NCBI GenBank assembly: GCA_964534375.1
Contig: CAZHPN010000178.1
Coordinates: 1-12,177 of the forward strand
Length of the DNA: 12,177 bases
Direction of reading: 5' to 3'
From: an uncultured bacterium
Lineage (GTDB): Bacteria; Lernaellota; Lernaellaia; Lernaellales; Lernaellaceae
Shown: one piece after another, positions 9,983-12,177 of the stretch
How positions within the stretch are numbered: the first letter of the stretch is position 1
How the letters are laid out: each line of letters begins with the position of its first letter
Made by a program: the position numbers and the translations under genes
The notes under the pieces: model-generated
What the model was told of the DNA's origin: nothing
The model's database searches: none
The model's input: only the letters and a program-made list of their open reading frames with translations

Positions 9983-10762
9983 ATGGCACGCAAAGACCAT
10001 CGCCCTGATGTGTTGGAAGGGGCGCCGTTGCACTACGCGCCTGTCAACGAGCAAGGCGTCGTGTTCTTGTTTTCTCATCTCGCGAAGAGATTTCGCATGC
10101 GAGTGGAGGAAATCAGACAGGGCCTTCCCGATTGCGTCGCCTACGAGAAAACCTCCACTGGCGAGCGAAAGGTTCGAATTGAATTCGAACACAAGTCAAG
10201 TTCATTCAAAACGCATCGCCATCCGGCGCGCGGATGCGATTGCATAGTGTGCTGGGAGCATGACTGGCCGGACTGCCCGAAACGCCTGAGGGTTATTGAA
10301 CTTCGAAAGGAATATGGTCTGGGTTTCAAGATTTGGATGCAACCGGCAGTTGCTTCGGAGCAGTACCAGCTCGATGAAGACCGGACCCGGTGGCTCACTC
10401 GACGCAGCGCCCATATTGGCGATCTGATGGTGATGTATCGGTGCGTTCCGGAGAAATGCATACGGGAGTTGTTTGTGCTGTCGTCCCTGTTAACACGAGA
10501 ACACGTCGATCAGACTTGGAAACATGGCATCGGGTTTTTTGGCGACCTTCGCTGCGTATGCCGGCTAGAATCGCCGGTATTCCTGGAGGACATGCAATCG
10601 CACCGTATTCTGCGGACATCCGGATTTATCAGGGGGAATATGCAGGGCAATCGTGACGTCACGCAATATTGGCCGCACCTCTACGACTTGATTGTGAAAC
10701 GCAACCCAAAAGCTCGTCTCGCTCTGCAAAAATATTCGCCGGAACGGCTCGACATTCGATAA
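9983..10762 (+). CDS. Putative PD-(D/E)XK-like endonuclease fused to a C-terminal EVE/PUA-like domain (259 aa)
   Basis: GGAGG RBS at 9971-9975. N-domain: P.NEQGVVFLF...PDC.A...VRIEFEHKS..F..H.H...CDCIVCWEHDW. C-domain: W...W....GDLMVMYR..PEKCI...LRCVCRLESPVFLEDMQSHRIL...FIRGNMQG..DVT..W, which matches my recollection of the EVE pattern. GC is lower than in the flanks. Confidence 0.7.
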   Translation: MARKDHRPDVLEGAPLHYAPVNEQGVVFLFSHLAKRFRMRVEEIRQGLPDCVAYEKTSTGERKVRIEFEHKSSSFKTHRHPARGCDCIVCWEHDWPDCPKRLRVIELRKEYGLGFKIWMQPAVASEQYQLDEDRTRWLTRRSAHIGDLMVMYRCVPEKCIRELFVLSSLLTREHVDQTWKHGIGFFGDLRCVCRLESPVFLEDMQSHRILRTSGFIRGNMQGNRDVTQYWPHLYDLIVKRNPKARLALQKYSPERLDIR

Positions 10763-10804
10763 TTGCACGCCGATTCAATCTACAGCCGACACGCTGCCGA
10801 CAAT

Positions 10805-10833
10805 TTGCCCGCTCGATTTCCTCGTGCTAAGTT
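10805..10833 (+). promoter_or_regulatory. Putative sigma70 promoter with extended -10 for lsrF
   Basis: TTGCCC-17 bp-TAAGTT, with TGn immediately upstream of the -10. Confidence 0.45.
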
Positions 10834-10879
10834 GCGCCCGTTCCCGGCGGCGCGACCGCCGTCCACGAGGAGGAAAGTT

Positions 10880-11686
10880 ATGGACTGGGGCATGCAAAAC
10901 CGCTTGGCGCGGATCATCGACCCGAAAGACAACCGTTGCGTCATGCTCGCCGTCGACCACGGCTATTTTCAGGGGCCGACGACGGGCCTGGGCCAGCCGC
11001 GCCCGCTGTTCAAGGGGCTGATCCCGCACGCCGACGCGTTGATGCTGACGCGCGGCCTGCTGCGCCATTGCGTCGACGCCGGCCAAGCGCGCGACATTCC
11101 GATCGTGCTGCGGTCGTCCGGCGGCGCGAGCGTCTTGTCGGAACTGTCGCACGAAGACATGACCGTCGACATCGAGGACGCCGTCCGGCTCAACGTCGCC
11201 GCGCTGGCGATGTCGGTTTACGTCGGCGGCCCCGGCGAGCGCGGCACGCTGCTGGCGTTGTCCAAGGCCGTCAACGCCGGCGAACGGTACGGCATCCCCG
11301 TGCTGGCCGTCACCGCGGTCGGCCGCGAGATGGTCCGCGACGTGCGCTACCTCTCGCTCGCCAGCCGCATCGCCGCCGAACTCGGCGCGCGCATCGTCAA
11401 GACCTATTACTGCGACGACTTCGAAAAAGTCACCACGACCTGCCCCGTGCCGGTCGTCATCGCGGGCGGCAAGAAGCTCGAGCCGAAAGACGCGCTGCAA
11501 CTCGCCGCGAACGCCATCGCCGGCGGCGCGGTCGGCGTCGACATGGGCCGGAACATTTTCCAGAGCGATTCGCCGGTGGGCATGATCAAGGCCGTCCGCG
11601 CCGTGGTGCACAAAGGCGCGCGGCCGGACGAGGCGCTCGGGATCTACGAAGACCAAAAAGCGCGGGAATTCGCCCGCGCGAAGTAG
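10880..11686 (+). CDS. lsrF: LsrF-family thiolase / DhnA-type class I aldolase (268 aa)
   Basis: GAGGAGG RBS. MDWGMQNRLARI, MLAVDHGYFQGPTTGL, Schiff-base Lys in IVKTYYC, PVVIAGGKKL, GVDMGRNIFQS. Confidence 0.9.
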   Translation: MDWGMQNRLARIIDPKDNRCVMLAVDHGYFQGPTTGLGQPRPLFKGLIPHADALMLTRGLLRHCVDAGQARDIPIVLRSSGGASVLSELSHEDMTVDIEDAVRLNVAALAMSVYVGGPGERGTLLALSKAVNAGERYGIPVLAVTAVGREMVRDVRYLSLASRIAAELGARIVKTYYCDDFEKVTTTCPVPVVIAGGKKLEPKDALQLAANAIAGGAVGVDMGRNIFQSDSPVGMIKAVRAVVHKGARPDEALGIYEDQKAREFARAK

Positions 11687-11701
11687 TGATCCGTTTTTTT
11701 T

Positions 11702-11760
11702 GACAGGACCAACAGAGCCTGCCCCCGCGAAGGCGGGGGATCAACCGGATCAGGAGGATC
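11702..11760 (+). repeat. Nonamer array (NNNRGGAYC) interrupted by a 23-bp REP-like hairpin
   Basis: GACAGGACC AACAG[AGCCTGCCCCCGCGAAGGCGGGG]GATC AACCGGATC AGGAGGATC. The stem is CCCCCGC (11722-11728) / GCGGGGG (11733-11739) with a GAAG loop. Confidence 0.65.
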
Positions 11761-11793
11761 GGGTTCTCTGAGTTCGAGAACGTAGACACGGGC

Positions 11794-11849
11794 TCTCGCA
11801 TCCCGAGTCCCGAATCCCGACTCCCGAATCCCGAATCCCGAATCCCGCG
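11794..11849. repeat. Heptamer tandem repeat (TCCCGAN) x8, outer units degenerate
   Basis: TCTCGCA TCCCGAG TCCCGAA TCCCGAC TCCCGAA TCCCGAA TCCCGAA TCCCGCG. Confidence 0.9.
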
Positions 11850-11857
11850 GGTGAACG

Positions 11858-12177
11858 ATGCGCGTTGCAATGTACTTCAGCAACCGGGACGTCCGGCTGA
11901 CCGAACGGCCGACGCCGACCATCGGGCCCGGCGAACTGTTGATGAAAATTCACGCGAGCGGCATCTGCGGCTCGGACGTGATGGAATGGTACCGGCGCGA
12001 CAAGGTGCCGCTCGTGCTCGGGCACGAGGTCGCCGGCGAGGTGGCCGAGGTCGGCGCCGGCGTGACGCGGTTTGCCGTCGGCGACCGCATCGTCGTCAGC
12101 CATCACGTGCCGTGCAACACCTGCCTGCTGTGCCGCCGCGGCCATCACACCGCCTGCGAAACGCTGCGCCGCACCAC
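11858..12177 (+). CDS. Zn-dependent medium-chain (L-iditol/threonine dehydrogenase-like) dehydrogenase, 5' part (runs off the window; absent from the ORF track)
   Basis: Own translation: MRVAMYFSNRDVRLTERPTPTIGPGELLMKIHASGICGSDVMEWYRRDKVPLVLGHEVAGEV...GDRIVVSHHVPCNTCLLCRRGHHTAC. It has the catalytic Zn motifs GICGSD and GHE and the four-Cys structural Zn site. Confidence 0.92.
   Translation, partial: MRVAMYFSNRDVRLTERPTPTIGPGELLMKIHASGICGSDVMEWYRRDKVPLVLGHEVAGEVAEVGAGVTRFAVGDRIVVSHHVPCNTCLLCRRGHHTACETLRRT

Noticed and set aside
9778..10008. 76-aa ORF as a separate gene between HEPN and the nuclease
   Set aside because: The coding signal here belongs to the -1 frame HEPN C-terminus, which ends at 9911.
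8890..10800. IS element, prophage or integron as the vehicle of the island
   Set aside because: No transposase, integrase, attC-like site or flanking direct repeat was visible.
11690..11857. CRISPR array, or small ORFs such as 11586-11870 and 11644-11922
   Set aside because: The repeats are contiguous 7-9-bp units without unique spacers, and the ORFs are translations of the repeat (GIRDSGFG).

Overview
This is a GC-rich bacterial window with about 10 genes. From the left: the 3' end of a small beta-rich protein (+), a 1340-aa secreted S8-peptidase/FG-GAP-like protein (-), a DUF4380-like protein (+), a GT-C-type membrane glycosyltransferase (-) and a secreted Cys-rich repeat protein (-). Next is a lower-GC accessory island (+) encoding an MNT nucleotidyltransferase, a frameshifted HEPN gene and a putative PD-(D/E)XK-like nuclease fused to an EVE/PUA-like domain. 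It ends with an lsrF-family aldolase/thiolase and the 5' part of a Zn-dependent dehydrogenase. Three things stand out. (1) Two unrelated signal-peptide proteins share the same tail, a poly-Asp linker plus SGCGC-stop with no membrane helix, suggesting a C-terminal sorting or lipidation signal. (2) The nuclease-EVE fusion is a candidate modification-dependent restriction enzyme next to an MNT-HEPN pair. (3) Several spacers carry 7-bp or 9-bp tandem arrays, one inverted and one interrupted by a 23-bp hairpin insertion. All family assignments are by eye from motifs; no database search was run.
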